Shown in pieces: positions 44,059 through 53,667 of a stretch of DNA of 64,000 nucleotides. The stretch lies in assembly GCA_043804695.1 (NCBI GenBank), contig JAZDIV010000048.1:1-64000 (forward strand), read 5' to 3'. The notes under the pieces are model-generated. The model saw nothing but the letters and a program-made list of their open reading frames with translations. It ran no database searches and had not been told where the DNA came from. The position numbers were made by a program, and so were the translations under genes. Every line of letters starts with the position of its first letter. Within the stretch, counting starts at the first letter, position 1. This stretch comes from PVC group bacterium (GTDB lineage Bacteria; Auribacterota; Erginobacteria; Erginobacterales; Erginobacteraceae).

Positions 44059-44733
44059 TTACTTAATGTACTCCAGTATCTTCCGCAAGTTGACCTCCAC
44101 ATCATCCGTGTCCCCGGTATCGATCACGATCCCGTCTTCGGCCAGGCGGAGAGCCCCGACCGGCCGGGTCTTGTCCGCGTGATCCCTTTTGATCAAATCT
44201 TTTTCGACTTCCTCCCGGGTGGTTTTGAGACCATTCTGGAGGAATTCCCGGTGGCGCCGGCCGGTCCTTATTTCAAGGGGAGCATCCACGAAAAACTTAT
44301 AGTCGGCATCCGGGAAGACGACGGTGCCGGTGTCCCTCCCTTCCGCCACCACGCTCCTCGAGGCGGCGATCGCCCGCTGCTGGGTAACCAGCTCCTTCCT
44401 GACCTCCGGGACATCCGCCAGAAATTTTACCGTGTTGGTCACTTCCGGGGTACGGATCACCCTGGTCACCTCCTGGCCGTCGACAAAAACCCGGGTCCCC
44501 TCCTCCCCCTTTCTCAAGCGGATCTCGGTGTTCTTCGCCAGTTCGATCAGGCCGTCTTTATCCTCCATCTCCACCGGCGACCGGAGCGCCTTCCAGGTGA
44601 TCGCCCGGTAGATGGCGCCGGTGTCGAGATAAATCACCCCCAGCCGTTCGGCCAGGCGCCGGGCGATCGTGCTCTTCCCCGAGCCGCAGGTCCCATCCAT
44701 GGTTATTGTAATCCTTCTTTCTTGTGCGCTCAT
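44059..44733 (-). CDS. cmk: Cytidylate kinase
   Basis: GSGKST, DTGAIYRA, EGRDTGTVVFPDA; upstream of rpsA. Confidence 0.95.
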   Translation of the reverse strand: MSAQERRITITMDGTCGSGKSTIARRLAERLGVIYLDTGAIYRAITWKALRSPVEMEDKDGLIELAKNTEIRLRKGEEGTRVFVDGQEVTRVIRTPEVTNTVKFLADVPEVRKELVTQQRAIAASRSVVAEGRDTGTVVFPDADYKFFVDAPLEIRTGRRHREFLQNGLKTTREEVEKDLIKRDHADKTRPVGALRLAEDGIVIDTGDTDDVEVNLRKILEYIK

Positions 44734-44751
44734 GGATAATATTCTTATCAT

Positions 44752-44911
44752 TCAGTGCCTTCGGCGCAACTCGGTTACGGCAAGGGTAACGATGCCCGTT
44801 TCGGGAAAGGTAACGGTAACGGCCGCCCCGCTTGGCGCACGTAACCTTAACCGGCAGACGAAACAGGCCTCGTAACCGTAGCCGTAGCCGTAGCCGTTAT
44901 TGAAATTCCGA
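44752..44911. repeat. Intergenic cassette type A, solo copy
   Basis: Matches 41226-41400 except for two indels and a few substitutions. Confidence 0.85.
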
Positions 44912-44999
44912 TGATATTCTGATCCCCTTCCCACTAATCTCCTGATTATCTGATCCCCTTATATTATATGACTTTGATCCCCTGATGCTTTTTGTTTCT

Positions 45000-45911
45000 T
45001 TATCCTTCGCGCCTGCGCGCTGTAGCGCTTCGGCGCGCAAGCGTACTCTTTGTGGTTTTACTGAGTTTCTGCCGGCGGAGGCTGGCCTTCCGCAGCCAGG
45101 CGCTGATCCGGGACGGATCACCTGACTGCATCTGTTCCCTGACCAAAACCAGGGTCTCGAGCAGGCCGTCGATCTGCCCGAGCACCTCTTTTTTGTTTTC
45201 CATGATGATCTCCGTCCAGAGGAGGGGGCTGGCGGCGGCGATCCGGGTCATGTCCATCAGTCCGGGACCACTGAACTGCAGAAGATTTTCATCGCCGATC
45301 CGGTTGATCAGGGCCGCGGCGGCCAGATGAGGGAGGTGGCTGACGGCGGCGACCACCCGGTCATGCCGGGCCGGCGCCAGGGAGATAACATTCATTCCCA
45401 GCGCCTGCCAGAGTTTCTGGATCTCACCGATGGCGGGTTTCTTGGTAGAGCGCACCGGCGTGATCAGGCAAACCCGGCCGGCGAACAAATCGGCCCGGGC
45501 TGACGCCGCGCCGGACTCATCCGAGCCGCCCAGAGGATGGGAACTCACGTAATATCGTCTGGGGCCGGTCAAACCGGTCAGGGTATCAACCACTCCGCCC
45601 TTGACGGAGAGGAGGTCGGTGATCAGGCACCCGGGGGGTGCCTGGGCGAACCATTCCGGAGCCAGACGGAGAGTGGCCGCGGACGGGGTGGCGAAAACCA
45701 GCAGATCAGCCCCGGCCAGCGCGTCCTCCCGTTCCAGCGTCCCCCGATCGATCGCCCCCCGTTCCCGGGCTTTTTCTATCCTCTCCCTGCTCCTGCCCCA
45801 CCCGACAACTTCCCCGGCCAGATTTTTCAGCTTAAGGGCCAGCCCCAGCGAGCCTCCCATCAGACCGACGCCGACGATCGTAACCTTCTTATAGAGCGTT
45901 TTCTCCGGCAT
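45000..45911 (-). CDS. tyrA: Prephenate/arogenate dehydrogenase
   Basis: GVGLMGGS, SHPLGG, HDRVVAAVSHLPH, DMTRIA. Confidence 0.92.
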   Translation of the reverse strand: MPEKTLYKKVTIVGVGLMGGSLGLALKLKNLAGEVVGWGRSRERIEKARERGAIDRGTLEREDALAGADLLVFATPSAATLRLAPEWFAQAPPGCLITDLLSVKGGVVDTLTGLTGPRRYYVSSHPLGGSDESGAASARADLFAGRVCLITPVRSTKKPAIGEIQKLWQALGMNVISLAPARHDRVVAAVSHLPHLAAAALINRIGDENLLQFSGPGLMDMTRIAAASPLLWTEIIMENKKEVLGQIDGLLETLVLVREQMQSGDPSRISAWLRKASLRRQKLSKTTKSTLARRSATARRREG

Positions 45912-46083
45912 TGAAATCTCACATTGAGTTAATTGCCCAAAGAGAAAAATGACGAGAACCGAATGACGAAATCCGAATGACGAATCCCCTCCCCCGGCGG
46001 CGGGGTGGGTGTATATGTTACCTGGTCATTTGTCATTAATACATTCTTTCGGATTTCGTCATTCGGGTTTCGACATTCTTATG

Positions 46084-47076
46084 TCATTTCTCCACGATGC
46101 TCTCCCTGATCTTCGTCCCGAAGTGCCTTCCCCCCTCCTCAAAGTATGCCATCACCTCGTCACCTTTTTTCAGCGCCGCCACCGAGACCGGCCGGCCGGA
46201 AGGGCGGACCAGGCGGATGGTCTCCGCGTTCTGGAGGATCAGGCTGACCTCGCTCTTTTTCGCTTTCGCCTTTACCAGGAGCATCGGGCGTTTCTCCACT
46301 TTCGTCCGGCCGACAATGGCCGGCCGGGTCACTCCCCGGAAAGTCACCGCGAGCACCTCGCTCCCGATCGCGATCTCGGAGAGATAGCAGGTTTTTCCGT
46401 CCGGGAGCAGGGTATAGGCGTGGATGCCCCCGGCATTGACCCGGAAGGGACGGGGAGCCACATAGGGGTTCCTGACGCTCTCGGCGTGGACCAGAAAGAA
46501 AGCCGAACCGGTGTTCCCCACCAGCATCCCCTCCCCCGGGCCCATTGCGGTGCAGGTGTCGACACAGACCCGGTCGCCCAGACCGAGTTCCCTGATCTCC
46601 GTGACCCGGGCCGGGGACGGAGCCAGTTTTTCCCGGGCGCCCTTGACCAGGTTGATGATCGCCCCGATCACCGCCGGATCCGCATTTTTCACCACCACCC
46701 CGGCAACGCCCTTTTCCAGGATTCCCAGGGCGGTCCGGGCCGCGGAGAGACTTTCCACGCGTGCCATCACCGCCCCCGATCGGGCGATGATATTTTCAAG
46801 CGGGATGATCTTCCAGTTCCCTCCGGAGACGATCACCGTCTTGCCCTTGCCCAGGGCCAGGATCCTGTCTTCGTCCGCCTGTTTTTTGATCTCGATCTCG
46901 ACCACCGCCCTTCCCATTTTCAGGTCGCCGTCCGGACCGACCGTGGTCAGCCTCCCCAGCTCCCGGACCGCTCCGGTCTTGCCCCGGGGGACGATGACTG
47001 CATCGGCGCCGTTTTCCAGGGCGGTCAACACCTTCTTCTTCGACCAGGGGCGGCAGTCTACCCATACTTTTTTCAT
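46084..47076 (-). CDS. 3-dehydroquinate synthase II (archaeal-type AroB')
   Basis: WKIIPLEN, GDRVCVDT, PFRVNAG, ILQNAETIRL, GRHFG. Confidence 0.92.
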   Translation of the reverse strand: MKKVWVDCRPWSKKKVLTALENGADAVIVPRGKTGAVRELGRLTTVGPDGDLKMGRAVVEIEIKKQADEDRILALGKGKTVIVSGGNWKIIPLENIIARSGAVMARVESLSAARTALGILEKGVAGVVVKNADPAVIGAIINLVKGAREKLAPSPARVTEIRELGLGDRVCVDTCTAMGPGEGMLVGNTGSAFFLVHAESVRNPYVAPRPFRVNAGGIHAYTLLPDGKTCYLSEIAIGSEVLAVTFRGVTRPAIVGRTKVEKRPMLLVKAKAKKSEVSLILQNAETIRLVRPSGRPVSVAALKKGDEVMAYFEEGGRHFGTKIRESIVEK

Positions 47077-47093
47077 TAATCTTACCTATTTAG

Positions 47094-47285
47094 CCACCAA
47101 GACACTAAGGCACCAAGGAAATAATTAGGAAGAGCGCCTAAAAAGAACTAATATGAAACGACGTGCCTGAAGTTGCAGTAATCTAATTCCTATTAGACGC
47201 GACCGCATGGGCCGGAATTATAATCATCCCGTAGCCCTGGCGTCATTACTTTACTCTTTTCTTCGTGCCTTGGTGCCTTGGTGGC
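47094..47285. repeat. CACCAAG/CTTGGTG inverted repeat bracket
   Basis: CCACCAAGACACTAAGGCACCAAG ... CTTCGTGCCTTGGTGCCTTGGTGG. Confidence 0.6.
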
Positions 47286-47287
47286 AT

Positions 47288-48085
47288 TTATTTTTTCTCC
47301 AGCAGTTGCATAGCCTCGGAAATGGACTTGTTCTCATGGACCAAAAGATCGATGGACTTGATGATGGCGATCGGGTCTTCATGCTGGAAGACGTTTCTGC
47401 CGATGGAGACGCCACAGGCGCCCGCCTCCAGCGCCCCCCGGACCATGGCGAGCAGTTCCCGGTCGGTCTCCATCTTTTCCCCGCCCGCGATCACCACCGG
47501 GACCGGGCAGCCGGCGATCACCTCCCGGAAGCTCTCCGGAGTGCCGGTGTAATTAACCTTGACGATGTCCGCCCCCAGCTCCGCCCCGACCCGGGCGGCA
47601 TGCTTGACGTACTTGACGTCGAACTGGTCCGTGATCCCTTCGCCCCGGGTGTACATCATCGCCAGCAGCGGCATCCCCCAGTCCCGGCAGTTCCTGGCCA
47701 CGGTTCCCATGATTCCGAGCATCCGGCTGTCGGTCGGCGCGCCCAGGTTGACGTGGATGGAGACCGCGTCGGCGCCGAGCCGGACCGCCTCCGCCACCGT
47801 GCAGACCAGCACTTTGTCATGGGGATCGGGGCTCAAAATCGTGCTGGCGGAGAGATGGATGATCAGACCCACATCCTTGCCGCGCCCCCGATGTCCGGCC
47901 TTGACCATCCCCTTGTGCATGATGATCGCATTTGCCCCTCCGTTGACCACCCGGTCGATGGCCCGGCTCATGTCGGTCAAACCCGGGATCGGACCCAGAG
48001 TGATGCCATGGTCCATGGGGATGATGATGGTCCGGGCCGAGTCCCGGTTCATGATCCGTTCCATCCTGATTTCTTTGCCAACCAT
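47288..48085 (-). CDS. 2-amino-3,7-dideoxy-D-threo-hept-6-ulosonate synthase (AroA', class I aldolase)
   Basis: [38 protein letters not shown]; adjacent to DHQS II. Confidence 0.9.
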   Translation of the reverse strand: MVGKEIRMERIMNRDSARTIIIPMDHGITLGPIPGLTDMSRAIDRVVNGGANAIIMHKGMVKAGHRGRGKDVGLIIHLSASTILSPDPHDKVLVCTVAEAVRLGADAVSIHVNLGAPTDSRMLGIMGTVARNCRDWGMPLLAMMYTRGEGITDQFDVKYVKHAARVGAELGADIVKVNYTGTPESFREVIAGCPVPVVIAGGEKMETDRELLAMVRGALEAGACGVSIGRNVFQHEDPIAIIKSIDLLVHENKSISEAMQLLEKK

Positions 48086-48166
48086 TTTCTTCTCCTCCCT
48101 TCAACATCAATACTGAATTATTATCCTGGAGAGATCATACATGTTTCCTGAATCCAATAGTTTATT

Positions 48167-49231
48167 TCATACCTGACCTGCCGGATAGGAGCCGAGAAGC
48201 TTCATGAACGTGCTGTTGCGCTCCAGCTCCTCCAGAGCTTCCCGGACTTTTTTCGATCGCCGATGGCCCTCCAGGTCGACAAAGAAGTAATACTCCCACG
48301 CCTTCTTCCGGGACGGCCTCGACTCTATTTTGGTCAGGTTGATCCCGCGCTTTTTGAACGCGTTGAGGGCGTCATGAAGAGAGCCGGCCCGGTGGGGAAG
48401 CGAAAAAAGAACCGAGGTGCGATCCCGGCCGGTGGGAAGCGGAGCGGTCTTCCCGATGACCAGGAAGCGGGTAATGTTGCTGGCGCTGTCCTCCACGTTC
48501 CGGCGGACGATCTTCAGTCCGTAGATCGAGGCGGAGAGGCTTCCGGCCAGGGCGGCGCTTCTCTTCTCCGCGGCGGCGATCTCCGCCGCCCGGGCGGTGC
48601 TGGCAGCCTCCCTCAATTCGGCCCGGGGCAGGTTCTTCTGCAGAAAACGCCGGCATTGGCCGAAGACACTGGGGTGGGAATAGACCCTTTCGATCCGGGA
48701 GAGGGCCGCGGTGGAGAGCAGGCAGTGAGAGACCCGGGGAAAAACCTCCGAGCAGACCTGAAGAGGAGAATCCAGGAGCATGTCAAGGGTGGAGGTGACC
48801 GCCCCCTCCAGAGAGTTCTCTATCGGGACCACCCCGTAGTCGGCGGCGCCGGTCTCCGCTTCCTGAAAGACCCCGCCGACGCTCTCCGCCGGAATGAAGA
48901 CCGCGGCCGCTCCGAATTGTTTCCGGGCGGCGGCATGGGTGAAGGTCGGCTCCGGTCCCAGATAGGCAACCCGGACCGGACCCGACAGCTTTCGACAGAC
49001 GGACAGTATCTCTCGGTACACAGCCCGGACCGAAGAGTTCTCCAGGGGGCCGGTATTCTGCCGTATCACCTTCCGGAGGACCTTTTCTTCACCGGCCGGA
49101 TTATATCCGGCGGTTTCTTTTTTCCCGGCCGCACCGCCGGCCTGACGGGCAAGCCGGCCCCTCCGATTGAGAAGGTGGAGCACCTTCTCATCCAGCCCGG
49201 CGATCTTTTTTTGAATATCTTTGCGGTCCAT
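48167..49231 (-). CDS. pheA: P-protein (chorismate mutase-like domain + prephenate dehydratase + ACT)
   Basis: PIENSLEG, NITRF, TKIESRP, FFVD. Confidence 0.92.
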   Translation of the reverse strand: MDRKDIQKKIAGLDEKVLHLLNRRGRLARQAGGAAGKKETAGYNPAGEEKVLRKVIRQNTGPLENSSVRAVYREILSVCRKLSGPVRVAYLGPEPTFTHAAARKQFGAAAVFIPAESVGGVFQEAETGAADYGVVPIENSLEGAVTSTLDMLLDSPLQVCSEVFPRVSHCLLSTAALSRIERVYSHPSVFGQCRRFLQKNLPRAELREAASTARAAEIAAAEKRSAALAGSLSASIYGLKIVRRNVEDSASNITRFLVIGKTAPLPTGRDRTSVLFSLPHRAGSLHDALNAFKKRGINLTKIESRPSRKKAWEYYFFVDLEGHRRSKKVREALEELERNSTFMKLLGSYPAGQV

Positions 49232-49234
49232 TTT

Positions 49235-49410
49235 ATAAATTAGCTCGCTGCGCTCGCTACTTTATAATGGACCCGACTGCGTCGGGTCTGTTGGTTAACT
49301 AAGATATTTTCACCGAGGCAACATTATAAAAAAGCCTTATAATCTCAGCCAACATTTACCCCATGGAATATAATTTATCTATCGGTTTCAAAAATACCAT
49401 TCTTATTTTT
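49235..49410. repeat. Intergenic cassette type E, copy 2
   Basis: Matches 19083-19260. Confidence 0.8.
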
Positions 49411-49426
49411 TCGCCCCGCCCCGAAG

Positions 49427-50089
49427 TTACACGTTCGACGCCGGACGTTCATCCTTTTCTTCTGAATTCTGACTCCCGACTTCTGGCTCCCGACTCCCGA
49501 CTTCCGATTCCTCGCTTCTCAGGTCGCTGCTGGAGGCAATCTTTTTCGCCGTCGGCCGCTCCCTCGATTCCAGGGAAGGCAGATCGGCGAGAGAGTTGAG
49601 CCCGAAATACTCCAGAAACATCCGGCAGGTCCGGTAGAGGTAAGGGCGCCCCACGACTTCCTTCTGCCCTGCTATCTTGATCAGTTCCCGTTCCAGCAAG
49701 CTCTTCAGGATGCCGTCCACGCTCACGCCCCGGATCAGTTCAATCTCGGTCTTGGTGATCGGCTGCTTGTAGGCGATGATCGCCAGGGTTTCCAGCGCCG
49801 GTTTGGAGAGATGCACCGTCCGGCGGGTCTGGTAGAGTTTCCTGATCCAGGGGGCATAGACATCCCTGGTCCTCAGCTGGTAGCCGTTGGCCACCTTCCT
49901 GATCGAGAAACTCCTCCCCTCTTCCTCGTATTCACGCTCCAGGTCCGTCAAAACCTCTTTCACGCTCTCCCCCTCCTGCCATATCCCTCCGGTCATCTCC
50001 TCCAGCCGGGAGGGGGGAAGGGGCTCCGAGGCAACGAAGAGAATCGCTTCCACCACGCGCTTTAAATCAAGCTGTTTCTTTATACCCAT
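49427..50089 (-). CDS. scpB: SMC-Scp complex subunit ScpB
   Basis: EAILF, ALETLAIIAYKQPIT, IRGV, FGLNSLADLP. Confidence 0.95.
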   Translation of the reverse strand: MGIKKQLDLKRVVEAILFVASEPLPPSRLEEMTGGIWQEGESVKEVLTDLEREYEEEGRSFSIRKVANGYQLRTRDVYAPWIRKLYQTRRTVHLSKPALETLAIIAYKQPITKTEIELIRGVSVDGILKSLLERELIKIAGQKEVVGRPYLYRTCRMFLEYFGLNSLADLPSLESRERPTAKKIASSSDLRSEESEVGSREPEVGSQNSEEKDERPASNV

Positions 50090-50092
50090 ACA

Positions 50093-50249
50093 TTAGCTCA
50101 CTCCGCTCGGGCAATTCAATAGAACTACGAATTACGCGAATTACACGAATTTACTTTAAAATAAGTCAACGATATTAGTTCAATGCTTACACACTATTAT
50201 TTTTTAGCCCCGAGCCAAAGTATTAATCGGGGGAGAAAAAAATAATACA
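50093..50249. repeat. Intergenic cassette type B, solo copy
   Basis: AACTACGAATTACGCGAATTACACGAATTT...GTTCAATGCTT shared with 41410-41564. Confidence 0.8.
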
Positions 50250-50981
50250 TTACTGCACCGCCGCCTCGACCTTCCTGATCATGATCTCGCTGAAATGGCC
50301 CCGCTGGAAAACCTGCACCAGCTTCTGCCGGATCAGCTCCAGCAGGGCTAAAAAAACCACCACCACCCGGGTCCGGGATTCTCCTTTTTCGAACAGGCGG
50401 TGAAACAAAATCGGGCCCCGGCGCTGTAATCTCTCCAGCACCCGGTGACGGCCGTCCTCCAGGGTAAAGTTGTCCGGTTCGAACTCGGGGGGACGCCGTT
50501 TTTCAGCTTCGTTCAAAACCTGGGAGAAAGCGTCGAGCAGCTGGAACAGGTCGATCTCTTCCAGGGGGAGTTCCCGGGAAGGGGGGGCCTCGACGGGAAC
50601 CCGGTTCCGGGGGAAGGTTTTTTCCTGATCCAGTTCCAGGACATGAAAAACGTCCGCCGCCTCCTTAAACTGCTTGTATTCCAAAAGCTGCCGGACCAGG
50701 TCCCAGCGGGGGTCTTCTTCTTCCTCCTCCTCTCCTCTCTCCTCGGGAGGGAGGAGGAGGCGCGATTTGATATGCATCAGCGTCGTCGCCATGGCCAGGA
50801 ATTCACCGGCGATGTCCAGATCGAGGATTTTCATCAGCTCCAGATACTTCAGGTACTGCTCGGTGATCTTCTGGATGGGGATGTTATAGATATCGACCTC
50901 GTTCTTCCTGATCAGGTAAAGCAGGAGGTCGAGCGGCCCCTCGAAAATTTCCAGATGGAATTGCTGGTTTTGGTCGATCAT
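50250..50981 (-). CDS. scpA: Segregation/condensation protein ScpA
   Basis: FEGPLDLLL, IKSRLLLP, FLALLEL. Confidence 0.95.
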   Translation of the reverse strand: MIDQNQQFHLEIFEGPLDLLLYLIRKNEVDIYNIPIQKITEQYLKYLELMKILDLDIAGEFLAMATTLMHIKSRLLLPPEERGEEEEEEDPRWDLVRQLLEYKQFKEAADVFHVLELDQEKTFPRNRVPVEAPPSRELPLEEIDLFQLLDAFSQVLNEAEKRRPPEFEPDNFTLEDGRHRVLERLQRRGPILFHRLFEKGESRTRVVVVFLALLELIRQKLVQVFQRGHFSEIMIRKVEAAVQ

Positions 50982-50992
50982 TATAAATTAGC

Positions 50993-51991
50993 TCAGAATT
51001 TGATTGCTGCCCGTACCAGCTCCATGGTCTCGGCGGCGGCGGAGCGGGCCCGGGCCGCGCCTTCTGCCAGCACGTCCTCAATCCGGTGATCCCGGAGCCA
51101 GTAGTTTCGCTGTTCCTGAAGCGGCTCTAAAAACCTGATCAGGGCGCCGGCCAGGCAGTTCTTGCACTCCGTGCATCCCCGCTTCGCGTTCCGGCACCAA
51201 TCCTCGACCTCCGGCAGCATCCCGGCGTTGAGAAGCCGGTGATAGGCAAAGACGGTGCAGTCCTCCGGATGGCCCGGATCCCGGAGCCGGATCCGGCGGG
51301 TGTCGGTTATCATCCCCCCGACTTTGTTCCGGATCACTTCCGGCGGATCGGCCAGGGCGATAAAATTGTCGTAGCTCTTGCTCATCTTCCGGTTATCCAG
51401 ACCCGGCAGCCTCGATGACGCGGTGAACAGGGGCCGGGGCTCCGGGAAAACGGGCGCATACAGGTTATTGAAGCGCCGGGCGATCTCCCGGGTCAGCTCC
51501 AGGTGCGGGACCTGGTCAATCCCGACCGGCACCGCCGTCGCCCGGTAGATCATGATGTCCGCCGCCTGGAGGACGGGATACCCCAGGAAACCATAGGTCA
51601 GAAGGTCTCTCCCCCTGATCTCCCTCAGCTGCTCCTTGTACGTCGGACACCGCTCCAGCCACGGCAGGGGGGTCAGGGACGACAGCAAGAGGTGCAGCTC
51701 GGCGTGTTCTTTCACGTCGGACTGGACGAAGATAGTGCTTCTTGCCGGATCGAGCCCGGCGCTGAGCCAGTCGGCGGCACATTCCCGGACATATTTCCTG
51801 ATCAGGCCGGGGTTTTCATACTCGCTTAAAAAAGCGTGCCAGTCGGCCACCATGTAAAAACACTGATATTCGTCCTGGAGCGAGACCCAGTTGAAGAGAG
51901 CGCCGAAGAGGTGCCCGAGATGGAGAGGCCCGGTCGGCCGCATCCCGCTTAAAATTTTTCTTCGAAAAATCTTATTATTATCTTTTTCCAT
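50993..51991 (-). CDS. trpS: Tryptophan--tRNA ligase
   Basis: SGMRPTG.LHLGH, YPVLQAADI, VPVGIDQ, KMSKS. Confidence 0.97.
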   Translation of the reverse strand: MEKDNNKIFRRKILSGMRPTGPLHLGHLFGALFNWVSLQDEYQCFYMVADWHAFLSEYENPGLIRKYVRECAADWLSAGLDPARSTIFVQSDVKEHAELHLLLSSLTPLPWLERCPTYKEQLREIRGRDLLTYGFLGYPVLQAADIMIYRATAVPVGIDQVPHLELTREIARRFNNLYAPVFPEPRPLFTASSRLPGLDNRKMSKSYDNFIALADPPEVIRNKVGGMITDTRRIRLRDPGHPEDCTVFAYHRLLNAGMLPEVEDWCRNAKRGCTECKNCLAGALIRFLEPLQEQRNYWLRDHRIEDVLAEGAARARSAAAETMELVRAAIKF

Positions 51992-52025
51992 AAATAAACC
52001 CGGAATTATTGAGTCTCCGTTTATA

Positions 52026-53336
52026 TCAATGCTTTTTTAACTTGTCAACCAACTGATGAGCCAACCTGAGTTCTTCTTCCCGCGACCGAACCATACCGTC
52101 GAGGCGGGCGGCGAGCAGCTCGTGCAGGATCCTTTTGTATGCCGGCCCCGGGGGCAGACCGAGTTCTTTCAGGTCTTCGCCCCCCACCTCGCCCGCGGCC
52201 GACCGGTAGCCGCTCAGGTAGGTTCTGATCCGGCGGTCGGACTCATCCGAGCCGATCCGGGACATGATAATCAAAACGATCTCCGGGGAGCGCCCCTGGA
52301 GGAGGAAGAAAATCCGGCTGGGCGGGACATCATCCGGGGAAGACAACACCCGGGCGATCTCCCTTGCGTCTTTTTTCCCGGCCAGCAGCTGATCGAGGTA
52401 CTGCCGGGACAGATTGAACTTCTCCCCGGTCCGGGCGGTATCAGCCGCCGAGAGGGGGACCAGGAGGGCGCCGAAGTACAGCCGGAAACGGCTGACATCC
52501 TCAGCGGGAAAGGCCCGCCTGAACCAGTCGTGATTCCGATTGACCCGGTCCAGAAGAGCCGCCAGTTCCCGGGAGTAGGCAAGACGGGGGTGGATAAACC
52601 GGAGTTCGTCATACCGGGCCATGGCGGCGACCGCGGACGGAGGATCCGGCTCCCGGAAGATCAGTTCCAGCTCATGCCGCAGCCGTTCCGGAGACACCTT
52701 CTCGAAGAGCCGGAGATCGACCGCGGTCCTCATCAGCTCTTCCGTCCGCGGCTCGATCATGAAACCGAGCCGCTGCTGGAAACGGACGGCCCGGAAAATG
52801 CGGGTCGGATCATCCCGGAAGCTCCGCTCGTGCAGCACCCTGATAACGCGGGCCCGGAGATCGGCCAGCCCTCCGCAGAGATCGATCAGCCGGCCGAACC
52901 GCCCCTCGTTCAGAGAGAAGGCCATGGCGTTGATGGTGAAGTCCCTGCGGAGCAGATCCTCTTTCAGCGATCCGGGCAGGATCCGGGGGAGAGCTCCGGG
53001 CTCGGGGTAATATTCCTCCCGGGTGGTGGTGACATCAATCTTGATCCCGCCGGGCATGATCACCAGGGCGGTGGCGAAGCGTCGATAGAGCTTATAACAG
53101 CCGCCGACCGAGCGGGCGAATTCGCGGGCGAACTGGAGACCATGAGCCTCGACCAGGATGTCGAGGTCGAAGTTGTCTCTTCCCCCTTCCAGCAAGTCCC
53201 GCACCGAGCCGCCCACGCAGAAGACGTTCCAGCCCCGGGCATCGGCAAAGCGGCCGATCATACGCAGGATTTTTATCAGGCGGGGAGACAGCCTCTCGCT
53301 GATGATCGGGTTCAGGTCAATTGATTCATCCATCAT
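52026..53336 (-). CDS. cca: Class II tRNA nucleotidyltransferase (CCA- or A-adding)
   Basis: VGGSVRD, DLD, RRDFTINAMA, DDPTRIFRAVRF. Confidence 0.85.
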   Translation of the reverse strand: MMDESIDLNPIISERLSPRLIKILRMIGRFADARGWNVFCVGGSVRDLLEGGRDNFDLDILVEAHGLQFAREFARSVGGCYKLYRRFATALVIMPGGIKIDVTTTREEYYPEPGALPRILPGSLKEDLLRRDFTINAMAFSLNEGRFGRLIDLCGGLADLRARVIRVLHERSFRDDPTRIFRAVRFQQRLGFMIEPRTEELMRTAVDLRLFEKVSPERLRHELELIFREPDPPSAVAAMARYDELRFIHPRLAYSRELAALLDRVNRNHDWFRRAFPAEDVSRFRLYFGALLVPLSAADTARTGEKFNLSRQYLDQLLAGKKDAREIARVLSSPDDVPPSRIFFLLQGRSPEIVLIIMSRIGSDESDRRIRTYLSGYRSAAGEVGGEDLKELGLPPGPAYKRILHELLAARLDGMVRSREEELRLAHQLVDKLKKH

Positions 53337-53530
53337 ATTAATTAGCGCCTTCGGCGCTACTTAATAGCGGACCCCGATTGATTCAATCGGGGTCTGTTGG
53401 TTAACTAAAATTCTTACATCGATTCGCCATTATACAAAGGCCCCATAACCTCAGCCAACTTTTATTCTTGAAGTATCCGTTAGCCGCAGGCCACAAGTTT
53501 CACAATTTTTTATTTTTTCACAGAAAAAAT
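53337..53530. repeat. Intergenic cassette type E, copy 3
   Basis: CCCCGATTGATTCAATCGGGGTCTGTTGGTTAA shared with copy 1. Confidence 0.75.
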
Positions 53531-53667
53531 AAAAAACCACGAAGAGCACGAAGAGCACGAAGAGGGAAAAACACCTTATCCCGGTTTTCTTCGTGACCTT
53601 CGCGAGCTTCGTGGCAAATTGCTTTCTTCTGACTGCCGGGAGAATAACTCTCTCCGATCAGACCGGG

